64,000 nucleotides of DNA from an uncultured bacterium (GCA_964632485.1 CAZWDO010000004.1:186001-250000), one strand, 5' to 3'. Positions 39,013-50,079 are shown, counted from the stretch's first letter. Notes: generated from the sequence alone by a model not told the origin. Translations and numbers: made by a program.

Positions 39013-40326
39013 GTGAATATTTTAGCGCTCAATTGTGGATCTTCGTCACTTAAATACCAGGTGTATCATTGGGAAGAACGCGATATTCTGGCTAAAGGAG
39101 TTGTTGAACGCATCGGACTGGAGGGTGCCTTTATCAATCATGATAAAAAAGGGAAAGATAAAGTTAAAATTTATAATAACTGTCAAACCCATAAAGACGC
39201 GCTTGAACTGGTTTTGCGGACATTGACTTCTGAAGAAAATGGTATCATGGATAACATTAATGATATTCATGCGGTCGGCCACCGAATGATCCATGGCGGG
39301 ACTGCCTTTACCAAATCCGTGCAGATCGATGGTAAGGAAGGTTCAGTCCTCAATAAGATGCGGGAGAACTATAACCTGGCGCCGTTGCACAATCCACCGT
39401 CGGTATTGGGCGCTGAAGCCGCTCTGGACCTTCTTCCCTCTGTTCCTCACGTGGCTGTGCTGGACACAGCGTTTCATCAGACGATGCCGGCGACTTCCTT
39501 TCTCTACCCCTTGCCTTATGAATGGTATGAAGAGATGGATGTCCGCCGTTATGGATTTCACGGGACTTCTCATTTGTATGTTTCCCGCCGCGCGGCGGCT
39601 TTGCTCGGGAAAAAACCCCATGAAGTCAACCTGATCACCTGCCATATCGGTAACGGAGTCAGTTTTACTGCGATTAAAAATGGGCTTTCCTACGATACGA
39701 GTATGGGATTCACCCCTCTCGAAGGTTTGGTGATGGGAACCCGTTCCGGTGATTTTGATCCGGCGATTATCCTTTATATAATGGAAAAGAAAGGGTATTC
39801 ATTTCAGGAAATGTCCGATATTCTTAATAAAAAGAGTGGGATTTTGGGGTTGACCCAGAAATGGGTCGATCAACGTGATCTATGCGAAGCCATGGATCAT
39901 GGGGATGAGCGCGCCAAATTGACCTTTGATCTTCAAGCCTATCGCGCTAAAAAATATCTCGGCGCCTATGCCTTTGCTTTGGGTAAGGTCGATGCTATCG
40001 TTTTTACTGCCGGTGTGGGCGAAATGAGTCCTGAACTACGCGAGCCCATCCTTGAAGGATTGGAACCCTTTGGCATTTATTATGATAAAGAAGCCAACTG
40101 GAAAACCAAAAGCCGTAATCGGGAATCAATCATCAGTAAACCCGATTCGCCGATTAAGGTCTTTGTTATTCCCACTGATGAGGAAATCGTGTTTATTGAG
40201 GATGTAGTCGCCATTATCGATGGGAGCTATGATACGCATGATAAATTCGAGTATACCTTCCAACGTCCGGACTATGTGAATAAGATCCGGCAGGAAGCGT
40301 TGCAGAAGGAATTGAAAAAAAAATAA
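39013..40326 (+). CDS. ackA: Acetate kinase
   Basis: NCGSSSLKY, VGHRMIHGG, APLHNP, DTAFH, RRYGFHGTSH and GTRSGD. GTG start after AGGAGG. Confidence 0.96.
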   Translation: MNILALNCGSSSLKYQVYHWEERDILAKGVVERIGLEGAFINHDKKGKDKVKIYNNCQTHKDALELVLRTLTSEENGIMDNINDIHAVGHRMIHGGTAFTKSVQIDGKEGSVLNKMRENYNLAPLHNPPSVLGAEAALDLLPSVPHVAVLDTAFHQTMPATSFLYPLPYEWYEEMDVRRYGFHGTSHLYVSRRAAALLGKKPHEVNLITCHIGNGVSFTAIKNGLSYDTSMGFTPLEGLVMGTRSGDFDPAIILYIMEKKGYSFQEMSDILNKKSGILGLTQKWVDQRDLCEAMDHGDERAKLTFDLQAYRAKKYLGAYAFALGKVDAIVFTAGVGEMSPELREPILEGLEPFGIYYDKEANWKTKSRNRESIISKPDSPIKVFVIPTDEEIVFIEDVVAIIDGSYDTHDKFEYTFQRPDYVNKIRQEALQKELKKK

Positions 40327-40396
40327 TTTAAATTGAAAATAGTTAACTGCCTCGCTTGCCTTTTTTTCAACATCTTACTATTTTTACATCGTATTC

Positions 40397-40498
40397 AACT
40401 GCTGACGGGATAGGTTGATTGCCTATCCCGTTTCAATTTGTAGTCATTCCGGAACTGATCTGTTTGATTGGCTTCGGAGGAATCGATGAGTAACAGTT
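40397..40498 (+). promoter_or_regulatory. Structured intergenic/leader region before arcC (two hairpins)
   Basis: GACGGGATAGG-T-tgatt-G-CCTATCCCGTT (40404-40432) and a G-U-rich hairpin TTCCGGAACTGATC...GATTGGCTTCGGAG. Upstream promoter candidate TTGCCT-17-TATTTT (40356-40384). Confidence 0.45.
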
Positions 40499-40527
40499 AA
40501 CCACTAAACGTAAAAAGAGGGATTGCC

Positions 40528-41517
40528 ATGTCGAGCAAGGGCGCAATCATGAAGACAATTGAACAAAAGTCAGAAAAACTGGCCGTTTTAGCTTTAGGGG
40601 GAAATGCCATTCTCCAAAAAGGGCAAAAGGGTGATATACATGAACAATTTGAAAACACACGACGTTCCATGGATCCAATTGTCGAGTTGATGAAAACAGG
40701 GTATAATTTTGTAATTACACATGGTAATGGTCCCCAGGTGGGTATGATTATGCTGATGGTGGACAAGGCAAAGGATGAAGTTGCGGAAACTCCGCTGGGA
40801 GTGGCGGATGCCATGACCTGCGGTTCCATGGGATATATGATTGAGCAGAGTCTTCAAAATGTGATGATCCGGAAAAAAATGTGGCGTAACATTGTAACCG
40901 TGCCGGCCCAGATTATTGTAGATCCTCTGGATCCGTCAATTCAGGATCCCAGCAAACCAATCGGGAAGTTTTATACCGAAGAGGAAGCGAAAAAACTTCA
41001 AATAGAAAAAGACTGGGTGATGAAAATGGATGCTAACCGCGGTTATCGGCGTTATGTTGCTTCACCATATCCTATTGATATCGTTGAAAAGGAAGCCATT
41101 AAACATTTGATTGAACAGGATTATATAGTCATCACCGGTGGGGGCGGCGGTATTCCGGTATATTTTGAGAAGGACAATACGATTGAGGGGCTTGATTGTG
41201 TGATTGATAAAGATTTAGCCAGTATGAAGATCGCCTTGGCCGTTGGCGCTCAGACTTTGATTGTGATTACCGGAGTTCCCTGTGTGTCCGTACATTGGGG
41301 CAAGCCAGACCAAAAGGATTTGAAGCGAATGACTCTGGCCCAGGCCCGTTATTATTATGGCAAAGGAGAGTTCCCGGCTGGATCGATGGGACCCAAAATT
41401 TTGGCGGCTATTGAATTCGTCCAGGCGAACCCCAAAAATAAAGTGATCATCACCGATGTAGATCATCTGATCGACGCGGTGGAAGGCCGCGACGGTACTA
41501 CTATCGTCGCTTATTAA
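40528..41517 (+). CDS. arcC: Carbamate kinase
   Basis: ALGGNAI, THGNGPQVG, KPIG, GGGGIPV, IDKD and GSMGPKI. Confidence 0.96.
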   Translation: MSSKGAIMKTIEQKSEKLAVLALGGNAILQKGQKGDIHEQFENTRRSMDPIVELMKTGYNFVITHGNGPQVGMIMLMVDKAKDEVAETPLGVADAMTCGSMGYMIEQSLQNVMIRKKMWRNIVTVPAQIIVDPLDPSIQDPSKPIGKFYTEEEAKKLQIEKDWVMKMDANRGYRRYVASPYPIDIVEKEAIKHLIEQDYIVITGGGGGIPVYFEKDNTIEGLDCVIDKDLASMKIALAVGAQTLIVITGVPCVSVHWGKPDQKDLKRMTLAQARYYYGKGEFPAGSMGPKILAAIEFVQANPKNKVIITDVDHLIDAVEGRDGTTIVAY

Positions 41518-41554
41518 TACCAACCGTTTTAAACCCAAACAAGGAGAGGCTCAA

Positions 41555-42871
41555 ATGGCCAAGAAAAAAGTGATCATCTGCGGCGCTGCCGGCCGGGATT
41601 TTCACAACTTCAACGTAATTTACCGCGATAATGCGGAATATGAGGTCATCGCTTTCACGGCGACCCAGATTCCGAATATCGACGATCGTAAATATCCGGC
41701 AGAATTAGCAGGGTCTTTGTACCCCAGCGGTATTCCGATCGTAGCCGAAGATGAATTGGCCGATTTGATCAAAAAACATCAAGTGGACGATGTGGTATTT
41801 GCTTACTCAGATGTAACGCATACTCATGTCCTCCAGTTGGGTTCGAAAGCCTTAGCGGCAGGCGCGAATTTCGCGCTGCTTTCCCCGACCAAAACGATGA
41901 TCAAATCGACTAAACCGGTAGTTTCCGTATGCGCGGTGCGTACGGGATGCGGAAAGTCGCAGACATCGCGCGCTGTTTCCGATGCGCTGACGGCTATGGG
42001 AAAAAAAGTGGTGGCTATTCGCCATCCCATGCCCTATGGCGATCTGGTTGCTCAAAAAGTGCAGCGGTTTGCCACGACAGACGACCTGGCAAAGCATAAA
42101 TGCACCATTGAAGAGATGGAAGAGTATGAACCGCATATCGAACGTGGGCGCGTAATCTACGCCGGCGTCGATTATGAGGCAATTCTGCGGGAAGCGGAAA
42201 AAGAAGCCGATGTGATTTTGTGGGATGGCGGGAATAATGATACGCCTTTCTATCAGTCCGATCTGGAAATCGTCGTAGTGGACCCCCATCGAACGGGACA
42301 TGAATTGAATTATCATCCGGGGAATACCAATTTTCTACGCGCCCAGGTTATTGTGATTAATAAAATGGATAGCGCTGATTCTGACGAAGTGGCTAAACTG
42401 GAAGCTAATATTCGTAAATACAATCCACAAGCGATCGTGATTAAGGCCAATTCCCGGCTTGATGTGAGCAATCCCGAACTGATTCAAGGAAAACGCGTAC
42501 TGGTTGTCGAAGATGGCCCGACCCTTACCCATGGAGAAATGAAATATGGCGCCGGGGTAGTAGCTGCCCATAATTTTGGTGTACAGGAGCTGGTAGACCC
42601 GCGGCCCTGGACAGTGGGAACGATCTCGGAAACTTTCAAGAAATATCCCGGTATCGGAGTGTTACTCCCCGCGATGGGGTATGGTGATCAGCAGATCAAA
42701 GATCTGGAAGATACGATTAATAAAGTTGATTGTGACGCTGTCATTATTGCCACTCCGATCGACCTCAACCGTTTGGTAAAGATTAATAAACCAACCGTGC
42801 GGGTGGGTTATGAGCTGGACGAGATCTCTCAGCCGACGTTAAAAGACATTTTAACAAAAAAGTTTAGTTAA
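41555..42871 (+). CDS. arcE: Cyclic-2,3-diphosphoglycerate-synthetase-like P-loop enzyme; probable arginine synthetase (ArcE-like)
   Basis: [50 protein letters not shown] and PAMGY. Lies between carbamate kinase and OTC. Confidence 0.8.
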   Translation: MAKKKVIICGAAGRDFHNFNVIYRDNAEYEVIAFTATQIPNIDDRKYPAELAGSLYPSGIPIVAEDELADLIKKHQVDDVVFAYSDVTHTHVLQLGSKALAAGANFALLSPTKTMIKSTKPVVSVCAVRTGCGKSQTSRAVSDALTAMGKKVVAIRHPMPYGDLVAQKVQRFATTDDLAKHKCTIEEMEEYEPHIERGRVIYAGVDYEAILREAEKEADVILWDGGNNDTPFYQSDLEIVVVDPHRTGHELNYHPGNTNFLRAQVIVINKMDSADSDEVAKLEANIRKYNPQAIVIKANSRLDVSNPELIQGKRVLVVEDGPTLTHGEMKYGAGVVAAHNFGVQELVDPRPWTVGTISETFKKYPGIGVLLPAMGYGDQQIKDLEDTINKVDCDAVIIATPIDLNRLVKINKPTVRVGYELDEISQPTLKDILTKKFS

Positions 42872-42884
42872 GCAAGGGGATAAG

Positions 42885-43847
42885 ATGGCAATCAATGTGA
42901 CCGGTCGCAGCTTGCTGACCCTATGTGATTATACCACGGAAGAAATCCGTTATCTGCTCGATTTATCAAAAGATTACAAGTCGCTTAAACGTGCGGGGAT
43001 TTTCCCTAAACGTTTGTCGAATAAGAGTATCGCTTTGATTTTTGAGAAAACATCAACCCGAACCCGTTGCGCGTTCACTGTCGCCTGTATTGATGAGGGA
43101 GCTCATCCCGAGTTTTTAGGTAAGAATGATATCCAGCTCGGCGCCAAAGAAACGCTGGCAGATACCGCTCGCGTGTTGGGACGTATGTTTGATGGCATCC
43201 AATATCGTGGATTTGACCAAAAATTAGTGGAAAACCTGGCTAAATTTTCCGGCGTTCCCGTTTGGAATGGTTTAACTGATCTTTATCACCCCACCCAGGC
43301 TCTGGCCGATATGATGACAATCGAAGAAAATTTCGGCCGATTGAAAGGCATCAAGCTGGTTTATTGCGGTGATGGACGTAATAATGTGGCCAATTCATTG
43401 CTGATTGCTTCGGCTAAGTTAGGATTGCATTTTGTGATTGCCGCCCCGGGAAATCTGTTTCCTGATGAGGAATTGCAAAAATATGCCCAAGCAGAAGCTA
43501 AAGTCTCCGGGGCTGTGATTGAGTATGAAACCGATGCGATGAAAGCTGTCAAAAACGCTGATGCGCTTTATACTGACGTTTGGGTATCTATGGGTGAAGA
43601 AAACAAACCCGGGATACAGGAACGGATACAATCACTTTATCCTTACCAGATCAACAGCGGATTAATGGCCGGCACGGGTAATAAAGACACAATTTTCCTG
43701 CATTGCCTCCCGGCGCACCATACAAATGGCGTGCACGATATGGAAGTAGCTGAAGATGTGTTTGAAAGTCCCCAATCCAAAGTGTTCGATGAAGCGGAAA
43801 ATCGTCTCCACACGATTAAAGCTGTCATGGTTGCCACTCTGACCTGA
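42885..43847 (+). CDS. arcB: Ornithine carbamoyltransferase (catabolic context)
   Basis: [29 protein letters not shown] and AENRLH. Confidence 0.95.
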   Translation: MAINVTGRSLLTLCDYTTEEIRYLLDLSKDYKSLKRAGIFPKRLSNKSIALIFEKTSTRTRCAFTVACIDEGAHPEFLGKNDIQLGAKETLADTARVLGRMFDGIQYRGFDQKLVENLAKFSGVPVWNGLTDLYHPTQALADMMTIEENFGRLKGIKLVYCGDGRNNVANSLLIASAKLGLHFVIAAPGNLFPDEELQKYAQAEAKVSGAVIEYETDAMKAVKNADALYTDVWVSMGEENKPGIQERIQSLYPYQINSGLMAGTGNKDTIFLHCLPAHHTNGVHDMEVAEDVFESPQSKVFDEAENRLHTIKAVMVATLT

Positions 43848-44015
43848 GCAGGGTCCGCTCTCCGGATTCCCGAATTAGCGAATGTCCAGAGTCATTTTGT
43901 GTGACTCCGCACGCTATGCCAAAATGAGTCTAGTTGCTTCGGCGGATTAATTCGAAGCGATTTGCGCCGAGTTAAAAGAATGGAATAACCGGAGAAATAA
44001 TACTGTTTATCAATA

Positions 44016-44049
44016 GCGGGGAGATTCAAAACATCTCCCCGTTTTTTTT
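44016..44049 (+). terminator. Intrinsic terminator of the arc operon
   Basis: GCGGGGAGAT-tcaaaac-ATCTCCCCGT followed by a T tract. Confidence 0.85.
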
Positions 44050-44063
44050 AAATAAAAAATTTC

Positions 44064-44092
44064 TTGACAAATCAATAGCTCTTCGTTATTAT
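44064..44092 (+). promoter_or_regulatory. Sigma70 promoter for the transporter locus
   Basis: TTGACA-17 bp-TATTAT. Confidence 0.6.
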
Positions 44093-44339
44093 AATAATAA
44101 CTACATCCTAAAGTTATCATACTAAGTGTACATTGACCATGCGATAGCTATATATTAGCGAATTTAAGTGTATAGTGGGAAATGAACGGAAGGAATTATA
44201 AAATTACAATATAGAAGGGTAACGATATTTATGGATGACGGTGTTGGCGATCGTAGTGTAGAATTGATGAGCATTTCATCAATCAGATTAATAACAGGAG
44301 TTTGTTTCATGCAGACTTTAAAGAAAAATAGAGGACTTT

Positions 44340-47300
44340 ATGGCCCAATTTAAAAAATTCGGCACTTTTGGGGGTGTTTTTACACCATCAATCCTTACTA
44401 TTTTGGGTGTGATCATGTACCTGCGCTTTCCCTCCATAATTGGGCAGTCAGGTTTAATAAATACTTTGGGGATTATCGTTATTGCTCATATCATATCATT
44501 CACAACGAGTTTAAGCGTCGCTTCCCTTTCAACTGACAAGCCCGTGCAAAATGGCGGGACTTATTTTATGATATCGCGCAGTTTGGGTTTATCCATCGGC
44601 GGAACATTAGGCCTTGCGCTTTTTGTGGGTTTATCATTTAGTGTTAGTTTGTATTTAATCGGTTTTGCCGAAAGCTTTTTACAGTACTGGGATTTGAATA
44701 GTTCTATCAACACCATCCGAATTGCAGGTACGATTGTATTATTAATCGTAACAACCATCACCTTTATCAGCACCTCGCTGGCTATTAAATCGCAGTATTT
44801 TATAATGGTGGCAATTGTGCTTTCATTAGCTTCCATTTTTTCAGGGACTCATGAATTTTCTCCCAAGGTGATTAACATGACTCCCCTTCCAGGGGCAGCG
44901 CCATTTATGCTATTATTCGGAATATTCTTCCCTGCGGTTACTGGTTTTGAAGCGGGGGTATCGATGTCAGGTGATTTGAAAAATGCAAAAAAATCGTTAC
45001 CCCTGGGGGCAATTCTGGCAGTAAGCGTTGGCTTTGTCGTTTATATTAGCCTGGCTTTATTTTTTGCCTTAACTGTTGATGCCAATGCCCTGGCGAATGA
45101 TCCGCAAATTTTATTTAAAATATCGCTTGTCCCGGCACTGGTCATTGCCGGTATTTGGGGGGCCACTCTTTCCTCGGCTCTGGGAAGTATATTAGGGGCG
45201 CCGCGGATTCTTCAGGCCATTGCCATGGATAAAATTGCTCCCAAGATATTTGCCAAGGGGACCGGAAAAAGCAATGAACCGAGAAATGCATTGATACTGG
45301 CTTTTTTTATTGCAGAAGCCGGAATCCTGATTGGAGAGCTGGATGTTATTGCTCGCATTGTGTCCATGTTTTTTATTACAACCTATGCCTTTTTAAACCT
45401 GGCATCGGCTATTGAAAGCTGGTCAAGTTCGGATTTCAGACCCGCATTTAAAATTCCGAGGTTTGTTAGTATTCTGGGAACTTTATCCGCATTTATCGTA
45501 ATGATATTGCTGGATTTTATTGCGCTGACAGGCGCAACAATTGTACTCGGGATGCTTTATTTTTTTCTGCAAAGAAAGGAATTAATATTGGAAAGCGGGG
45601 ATGCGTGGAATAGTTTTTGGACAAATCTGGCAAAACGCGCATTGCTAAAACTGAGTATGCAAAAAACAAATAAGCGGAATTGGCGGCCGAATATTATATT
45701 ATTTAGTGGTGGCGCGCAGGCCCGGCCACATTTAGTTGAAATGGGACTTTCATTGACCGGAAAACTGGGCGCATTAACTGATTTTAATCTGGTTAACAAC
45801 TCTGATCCCGGGCAAAGCGATCTGTTATCGGTATCTTCAAAAATTAATAAAGACGTAAATTATTTTAAGCGACAATTTTTATGCAATAATTTGGAGGACG
45901 GCATCCAAACTGTAACTAACGTTTACGGTTTCAGTGGTTTTGAGCCCAACACGATATTGATGGGATGGAGCAGGAATTCAAATAATTTTGATTTTATTGC
46001 TAATCTACTTACCGATTTTAAAAAAAAACAGTTGAATGCTGTATTTCTTGATTATGACAAAGAATCAGGTTTTGGACAAAAAGAGAGAATCGATATTTGG
46101 TGGAATGGTAAAGGGCGCCATTTAAGTTTCGCGTTAAATATCGTTAAGTTTTTACAATCTGATCCAGCCTGGATGGATGCGGAAATAAGAATTTTAGTTA
46201 TCAGTAATAACTCTTCATTAATTGGCAAAATTTATAGAAATATTGCAGAAATATTGGATGAAAAAAGAATGAAAGCTGAAATTAAAATTATAAATGACGA
46301 CTTCGGAACGCGTTCAAAAGATGCAATTATTTCGAGTGAATCGATGAATGCCGATTTGGCGGTATTAGGATTGCCACAAAAAACAAATCCATACACCCGG
46401 TATGATGTTTTATCCATTAATCCAATATTGAAATTACCAGTAAGTAAATTAATCCTGAGTCCATCCGAAGAATTCGAAGAAATCAATCTAGTTGGCTTAT
46501 CAATAAAAAATGAAAAAACAGAACAGCTTATACCTCAATTTAACGAAATGCCTTCAATCCCAATGATTGAAAGCAAGATTTTAAAGGACCGGTTGGATAT
46601 ACTTGACGCTGATTGCTTGGAAATAACTGCTTCCTTTATCGAAAAAGGAATCAAAGAAGCTGTTAGCAATCAGGAGATGCTGATTAGAAATGTTAAGGGA
46701 TCAATTGGGCAATGCTTTATGAATCTTGAAAAAGAGATTACCGGTTCAAAAAAAGATGAATCAGCAAAAATTTTGAGAAAATATCATCAATTGTATCTCC
46801 TCAATATCAATGCCATCATTAAAAATAAAAATGAAGAGATCATTCGAGAGATAAAAGCCTGCCTATCCGATGCTATTAATCATTTTTCAGCGCGAGTCGA
46901 AAATTATATAAACGGATTGTCTGATACCCTTCTTGTTCCGTATATTTTGACATCTGAAAATAAGGATAAGAATTATAAAGTTCATTTTCAGAAACTAGTA
47001 TCTTATCATTTAAATTTGAATTTAATGCCGGAAGTGAAGAATTGGCTCAGGACGTTTGAAGATGTAACTATAAAAATGTTTACCGATATCAAGAAAATAA
47101 TCTTCAGAGTCAATGATATTTTTGAAAAATTGAAATTGAATCCAGATATCGATATCATTTCAATACAACGACAAAGCTTGGAAATTAACCAGGAATTTGA
47201 AGGTTTTGAACAATTTTTAAAAAATTTTACGGCACAATCTGTTTCCTTGCTGTTATCAGCAAGTCGGGGAGTTATCATTCATATCGCTGAAGATCTTTTA

Positions 47301-48362
47301 ACTCCGAAATCATTATCAAGAGCGAAGATAAAAATCCGGAAGAAATTAAAAAATTCTGTTGAATACTTTACTGTATACCCGGAGGAATGGGAAGTTGGTA
47401 TCCGATTAATTAATAATACGTTAAATCTTGATGCATTGGTTCTCTCAGACCGAGAAATTATTAAAAATATCATTCAAAAAGGCAATGATAGAGTACAGGC
47501 TTTACTAATTGAAAAAGTGATTAAGCCTATTGATTTATTACTTGAAAACATAGAGAAGGTTACCAATTTGTCAGATTTGGATATTTCACCCTTGCGATTT
47601 CCAGATCAAATTGAGATAAAGAGTGTATTCCATGAATCGTATCTTAAAATAGCAGAAATAATTGGAACATTGCCTGAAGAAATGTTGTTGCCGGAAGCGA
47701 TCGTTATTGACGCCGATGCTATTCAACTAAGTGATTATAAAATGGTTAGTTTAAACTTGCACCGGGTTGGCCGGTATTATTTTGATACACTGTTTTATGA
47801 GCCATTTTACAGAGAAATTGAACAACTTGAATCTATAGCGAACAGAGCAATTATTGAGTGCAAGGAAGCGAATAGCATGTTAAAATTTAGGTTAAATAAC
47901 ATTCATAATAATAATGAAATTGCAGATATAGATCAATCCTCTCCGGCTGTTTTTTTTAAGAAAATTTTGCTTCAAATAAATTCGGAGAAAGAAAAGCTGT
48001 TAGTGAAGCTACAGGAAATTGAATATAATTCAGATAATTTTCTAAGTAATGCTTTTTCTAAATTATTTTATCATACGATAATAGACTCAGAAGATACAAT
48101 ATCGGTCCAACAAAGAGAACTGACGGGGAAGAGATTAGTCGTCAGCTTCTCGAGAAAAATAAATTATATAAAAACAAAACTTAGCAATTTTGTTATATTA
48201 GTCCTTAACAACGCATCCAGTGGTATTATTTTCTCCAGAAAATACATTGAAGCGAGAAAAGTCAAGCGCACTCAAATAAGCCAATTATGGGATGTTGTAA
48301 GGAAGTTGATCCCGGACTCCAAGATTTATAACCAAATACCGGTTTTTTATTGGGCTATTTAG
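44340..48362 (+). CDS. SLC12/cation-chloride-cotransporter-like APC permease with very long cytoplasmic extension (truncated by frameshift)
   Basis: GVFTPSILTILGVIMYLR, GGTYFMISRSLG, FFPAVTG, SGDLK, APRILQA and CCC C-terminal motifs NWRPNI, PNTILMG and IDIWW. Confidence 0.88.
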   Translation: MAQFKKFGTFGGVFTPSILTILGVIMYLRFPSIIGQSGLINTLGIIVIAHIISFTTSLSVASLSTDKPVQNGGTYFMISRSLGLSIGGTLGLALFVGLSFSVSLYLIGFAESFLQYWDLNSSINTIRIAGTIVLLIVTTITFISTSLAIKSQYFIMVAIVLSLASIFSGTHEFSPKVINMTPLPGAAPFMLLFGIFFPAVTGFEAGVSMSGDLKNAKKSLPLGAILAVSVGFVVYISLALFFALTVDANALANDPQILFKISLVPALVIAGIWGATLSSALGSILGAPRILQAIAMDKIAPKIFAKGTGKSNEPRNALILAFFIAEAGILIGELDVIARIVSMFFITTYAFLNLASAIESWSSSDFRPAFKIPRFVSILGTLSAFIVMILLDFIALTGATIVLGMLYFFLQRKELILESGDAWNSFWTNLAKRALLKLSMQKTNKRNWRPNIILFSGGAQARPHLVEMGLSLTGKLGALTDFNLVNNSDPGQSDLLSVSSKINKDVNYFKRQFLCNNLEDGIQTVTNVYGFSGFEPNTILMGWSRNSNNFDFIANLLTDFKKKQLNAVFLDYDKESGFGQKERIDIWWNGKGRHLSFALNIVKFLQSDPAWMDAEIRILVISNNSSLIGKIYRNIAEILDEKRMKAEIKIINDDFGTRSKDAIISSESMNADLAVLGLPQKTNPYTRYDVLSINPILKLPVSKLILSPSEEFEEINLVGLSIKNEKTEQLIPQFNEMPSIPMIESKILKDRLDILDADCLEITASFIEKGIKEAVSNQEMLIRNVKGSIGQCFMNLEKEITGSKKDESAKILRKYHQLYLLNINAIIKNKNEEIIREIKACLSDAINHFSARVENYINGLSDTLLVPYILTSENKDKNYKVHFQKLVSYHLNLNLMPEVKNWLRTFEDVTIKMFTDIKKIIFRVNDIFEKLKLNPDIDIISIQRQSLEINQEFEGFEQFLKNFTAQSVSLLLSASRGVIIHIAEDLLTPKSLSRAKIKIRKKLKNSVEYFTVYPEEWEVGIRLINNTLNLDALVLSDREIIKNIIQKGNDRVQALLIEKVIKPIDLLLENIEKVTNLSDLDISPLRFPDQIEIKSVFHESYLKIAEIIGTLPEEMLLPEAIVIDADAIQLSDYKMVSLNLHRVGRYYFDTLFYEPFYREIEQLESIANRAIIECKEANSMLKFRLNNIHNNNEIADIDQSSPAVFFKKILLQINSEKEKLLVKLQEIEYNSDNFLSNAFSKLFYHTIIDSEDTISVQQRELTGKRLVVSFSRKINYIKTKLSNFVILVLNNASSGIIFSRKYIEARKVKRTQISQLWDVVRKLIPDSKIYNQIPVFYWAI

Positions 48363-49356
48363 CAGTAGTTCTAAAGTAAACGAGGAATTTCGGGTTATAA
48401 GAGATGAGGAAATGGGACAAGTCCAACGCGCCTTGTTACGTCATAAAGAGGGAGTAAATGGCGCATTATTGATAAAAGGCGTCCATGGTTCGGGCAAAAC
48501 AACTTTATCACAATATATTGTTGATTGTTTTTTTAAAAAGGCCAATACTTTTTGGCTAAATGCGCCAATAAATGGTTCAGCCCAGCCCGAAGATTTTTTA
48601 ACTGTATTACGAAAGGCCGTTGGCAGTGAGGATGATCTTTTCGGAATCTTAAATGATATGCCCCCAGAAAGCGTAATTGTAATAAATGACCTTGAATTGT
48701 GGTGGGAAAGATCAAATACAGGATATGGAGCTCTTAAAAGTATTATGGATCTTGTAAACATTTACGGGGGGGAAATTCTTTTTATTATTAATTGTAATAT
48801 TCATGCGTACTCTATAATCAATAAGGTTTTTCCGATTGAAGACAATTTCATTTCAGTAATTGAATGCGCTCCATTCAATACAAAACAATTACAGTATATG
48901 GTGATGAGCCGTCATAAATCAAGCGGTATTGCTTTTCGATAAAAAGAAAGAAATGAAGAGGACTTATCCCAATTAAACCTGTCATTGTTGTTTAATGCTT
49001 ACTTTCATTTTTCTCAGGGTGTTCCGGGGATAGCTTTAAATGCTTGGATAGCTAATATTACAGCAGTTGATACCGAGTTATTAACCATTAAAAAACCAGT
49101 AACTCCGAATGTTGATCTTCTTGATACTGTTGATCCGGATTGGCTGGTTGTTTTTGCATTATTTATTCAGCATAAAAACATTGATATTGAAAAATTATCG
49201 AGGATAACAGATTCAAACTATGAAACGGCTGAAAAATTAATGAATAATTTGATTAATTCTGGAATTATTGTAGCGAAAGGGAACCAAACATTTACTTTTG
49301 AGAGAAACATCGAACCGTTGATTGTTAATTTATGTTTAGAAAAAGGAATAATTTAG
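48351..49356 (+). pseudogene. Disrupted C-terminal P-loop ATPase/wHTH part of the transporter gene
   Basis: A shifted frame continues from about 48350 (LFSSSSKVNEEF...) into Walker A GVHGSGKTT and Walker B-like VIVINDLE. An in-frame TAA at 48940-48942 is followed by the same frame to 49356. Confidence 0.7.
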
Positions 49357-49367
49357 CTGGATAATCT

Positions 49368-50079
49368 ATGATGATTCGCGTCATTTTAACATGCTTAGTA
49401 ATACTATATTGTGTTCAGATTCTTAAACTATATTCAAAAAATAATTCCCTATGCCAAAAGCATTAAGCATCATATCGCCTATTTGGTTCCGATCCTCGAA
49501 CTGGTTGTATGGATCGTATACGCAATGTGGTGTCTTGAAGCAATGTATCGGATTGAAAATTATTCTGGTTTGATAATGATCAGTTTTATTTTGGTACTCT
49601 TTGCTATTCCAGCCAGATTTTTAATGCGTGATTTTCTGAATGGGATATTTCTAAAGGTACAACGAAAAATTGATGTGGGAGATTATATTCAATTGGAGGG
49701 AATTGAAGGTAAAATCAAACATGCTGGTCATTTTCGCCTAGAAATTCAAACACAGCAGGGAGATATCAGGGCTATTCCATACGGTCTGATCGGATTGGGA
49801 ATTATTTCCAAACCCGGCAATAATCTGAACCTGAATAAACGATTGCTGGTTTTCAGGTTGCCGGATTCATTTAACATTGAGATGTTGCTTCCTGAATTAG
49901 AAAAAGCCTTGATGAATACCCCCTGGGTTGCAGTCTCACAGCCACCAATCATCGAAACGGTTACTCACGAAAATGGTGAACATATTATTGAAGTGCTTGT
50001 ATTTACTTTGAAAAAAGAGCATTCTGATAAAATCAGTAAAATGGTAGAAAAAAATTTCAGGTCTGATAATACTGGATGA
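49368..50079 (+). CDS. MscS-family mechanosensitive channel-like protein, possibly frameshifted near its 5' end
   Basis: Three TMs, DFLNGIFL...IDVGDYIQL..IEGKI. The natural ATG at 49368 (MMIRVILTCLVILY) is out of frame with the body that starts at GTG 49411. Confidence 0.7.
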
